Positions 61,951-64,000 of a stretch of DNA of 64,000 bases are shown here, piece after piece (positions within the stretch are counted from its first letter, which is position 1; each line of letters starts with the position of its first letter). The position numbers and the translations under genes were made by a program. The notes under the pieces are model-generated. The model made no database searches. It saw only the letters and a list, made by a program, of their open reading frames with translations, and was not told the origin of the DNA. The DNA lies in NCBI GenBank assembly GCA_035510735.1, contig DATKGN010000002.1, positions 125,118-189,117 of the forward strand. The letters are read 5' to 3'. This stretch comes from Patescibacteria group bacterium (lineage in GTDB: Bacteria; Patescibacteriota; Microgenomatia; UBA10105; UBA927).

Positions 61951-63036
61951 TCAGAGGGTATAATTGGCGCCGGGATCACGTATCACAATGCTGTGCGGGT
62001 GACTTTCGATGAGACTGGCTGGCGTTATCCGGACAAACCGTGCTTTCGCTTGGAATTCCGCCATTGTCTTGGCGCCGACATAATAAAATGAAGAACGCAA
62101 AGACCCCGTCACCTGGTCAAAATAATCCGTAACGTTTCCTTTATATGGCACCAAGCCTTCGACACCCTCCGATATGAGTTTCTTCTGCTCTGTCTCTTTC
62201 GATTGCCCATACCGCTCGGCACTCCCCTTTTTCATGGCGCTCACTGATCCCATGCCTCGGTATTGCTTGTACTTTGCGCCATTAATTATGGTAACTTCAC
62301 CCGGAGATTCGTCATATCCTGCGAGCAAGCTCCCGAGCATGACGGCGGCGGCTCCTATCCCAAAGGCTTTGGCCATATCGCCGATTTGGCGTATTCCCCC
62401 GTCAGCAATAATGGTGACGCCAGTCCCCTTTGCCGCTTTCACGGCTTCGGCAATAGCGGTCAGCTGCGGCACACCCATACCAGTGATAATACGGGTTGTA
62501 CAGATGCTCCCCGGGCCCATTCCAACCCGCAGGATATCCGCGCCTGCATCAATTAACCGTTTGGCGCCGTCATATGTGGCAACATTACCGGCCATAACAA
62601 CTACATCCGAAAAACGTTTTTTAATCAACTGGACCGAATCGACAACAAACTTCGTATTTCCGTGACCGGAATCGACAACCAATACGTCAACCTTCGCGTT
62701 CACAAGAGCATCAACCCTGGCTTCCAAGTCGGTGCCCGCGCCAACTGCCGCTCCAACTTGGTAATTTTTCTGTTTTACACCGGAAACCTGCTTCGCTTGA
62801 TCATCGATTGATAAATTTCTGTGAATAATCCCAAGACCACCTGCTTGCGCCAGGACCACTGCCATGGTTTCCTCAGTAACCGTATCCATCGGAGAAGAAA
62901 TGATGGGGAGTTTTAATTGAAGCCGCTTATGGAGTTTCGTTGTCAGATCGACATCCGCACGTTTAAAATCCGTATAGCCCGGCAGAAGTAGTACGTCATC
63001 GAATGTAATTCCCTCTTTCGAAATTTTATCCTCCAT
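61951..63036 (-). CDS. guaB: IMP dehydrogenase without CBS domains
   Basis: [30 protein letters not shown] and EGVEG motifs; 361 aa. Confidence 0.9.
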   Translation of the reverse strand: MEDKISKEGITFDDVLLLPGYTDFKRADVDLTTKLHKRLQLKLPIISSPMDTVTEETMAVVLAQAGGLGIIHRNLSIDDQAKQVSGVKQKNYQVGAAVGAGTDLEARVDALVNAKVDVLVVDSGHGNTKFVVDSVQLIKKRFSDVVVMAGNVATYDGAKRLIDAGADILRVGMGPGSICTTRIITGMGVPQLTAIAEAVKAAKGTGVTIIADGGIRQIGDMAKAFGIGAAAVMLGSLLAGYDESPGEVTIINGAKYKQYRGMGSVSAMKKGSAERYGQSKETEQKKLISEGVEGLVPYKGNVTDYFDQVTGSLRSSFYYVGAKTMAEFQAKARFVRITPASLIESHPHSIVIRDPGANYTL

Positions 63037-63045
63037 ATTGCCTCC

Positions 63046-64000
63046 TTATCGCACAAATGTCGCCTCGAGTGCCGCCTTCGTACATGCCGTAATGTCAGAA
63101 ACGGTCATGATATGCTTATCCAGTAACAATTCAAATTCTTCCCTAACGCTTGTCCCCAACAACTCAGGCCCGTCAGAGTTGATGGTAAGCGGCACATGGT
63201 GCGTGAGAAGTGTTTGAATAACTGTTTTCATCTCTTCCCAGGTTTTGACGGCACTAGTCTGAAGATTCGAGAGCGGACAAACCTCAAGTGTAATCTTCTC
63301 ATCACGTAAATATTCCATTAATTTGGGATCATCAACACAGCGGATACCGTGGCCTATACGGTCCGGGGATAATGTTTTAATGACTTCCCACATCTCCGCG
63401 ACTCCCGTCACCTCACCAGTATGGATAGTAATTTTCACTCCCGCTTCACGGGCTATCTTTACGGCACCGACAATATCGCTCACACGAAACGAGGAGGTTA
63501 TCGGCCCTGCGATATCCAGCCCGACAACGCCTTCAGGAGCAAATTTCGCGGCTTTTCCGGCAATAATTTCGTTTTGTTCTTTGGTAAACCGCCGGTCCAT
63601 CATGAGAATGAGTCCCGCGCGGACGGGATATTCCATACACGCCCGTTTGATACCCACGACCGCACCGAAAATGATCTTATCAAGATCCTGCTGCCCGCTC
63701 CTGTTCCGGAGCATCGGATTAAACCGGATTTCCATCGTGCGCACATTCCCCTTCCGGTATGCACGACTCACAGCCTGATGGGCCGCCCGCTCAATTGCAT
63801 ATGTCGAAGACTGGATAAGTTCCGTAAGGTCAAAAAACTTGAGGTATTTGTCATACGTTATTTGTTCTTTGATGGTAATCGAATCGATGAAGGTAAAATA
63901 GTCTTTTTCCTTAAGCCGTATCCCCTGTTCGTGGGCAAGTTCCCAGAGAAAATGCGGCGTAGATGATGAACCCAAATGAAGGTGAAGATCGACAAGATTT
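63046..64000 (-). CDS. adenosine deaminase family protein (5' end beyond the window)
   Basis: Frame extends to the window edge as NLVDLHLHLG; HTGE, RIGHG, EVCPLSN and INSD motifs. Confidence 0.9.
   Translation of the reverse strand, partial: NLVDLHLHLGSSSTPHFLWELAHEQGIRLKEKDYFTFIDSITIKEQITYDKYLKFFDLTELIQSSTYAIERAAHQAVSRAYRKGNVRTMEIRFNPMLRNRSGQQDLDKIIFGAVVGIKRACMEYPVRAGLILMMDRRFTKEQNEIIAGKAAKFAPEGVVGLDIAGPITSSFRVSDIVGAVKIAREAGVKITIHTGEVTGVAEMWEVIKTLSPDRIGHGIRCVDDPKLMEYLRDEKITLEVCPLSNLQTSAVKTWEEMKTVIQTLLTHHVPLTINSDGPELLGTSVREEFELLLDKHIMTVSDITACTKAALEATFVR

Overview
A gene-dense bacterial chromosome segment, mostly on the minus strand. It is probably from a Patescibacteria/CPR genome (Microgenomates-like); this is inferred from the short EF-Ts, a DUF5667-like protein, many orphan ORFs and near-leaderless genes. 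Housekeeping content includes ygfA-thyA-folA, an atypical F-type ATP synthase operon, cysS, recR, prs, ahcY, dnaX-ybaB, ybeY, rpsU, proS with a T-box, rseP-frr, tsf-rpsB, glyA, guaB and a partial adenosine deaminase. No rRNA, intact tRNA, CRISPR array or transposase is visible. Highlights: (1) two long structured elements (22.4-22.8 kb and 36.9-37.1 kb) that share a conserved sequence core, one with its own -10 box; (2) several families of palindromic repeats, some inserted in frame into thyA, rseP and cysS, others ending a near-constant distance before start codons; (3) a CysRS fused to a peptidase-S51-like domain across an A9 run with an immediate -1-frame stop; (4) an rpsB leader with mutually exclusive pseudoknot, antiterminator and terminator helices; (5) a dispersed gene set for SAM/SAH to adenosine to nucleotide salvage. 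All calls come from reading motifs by eye; no database searches or folding computations were run.
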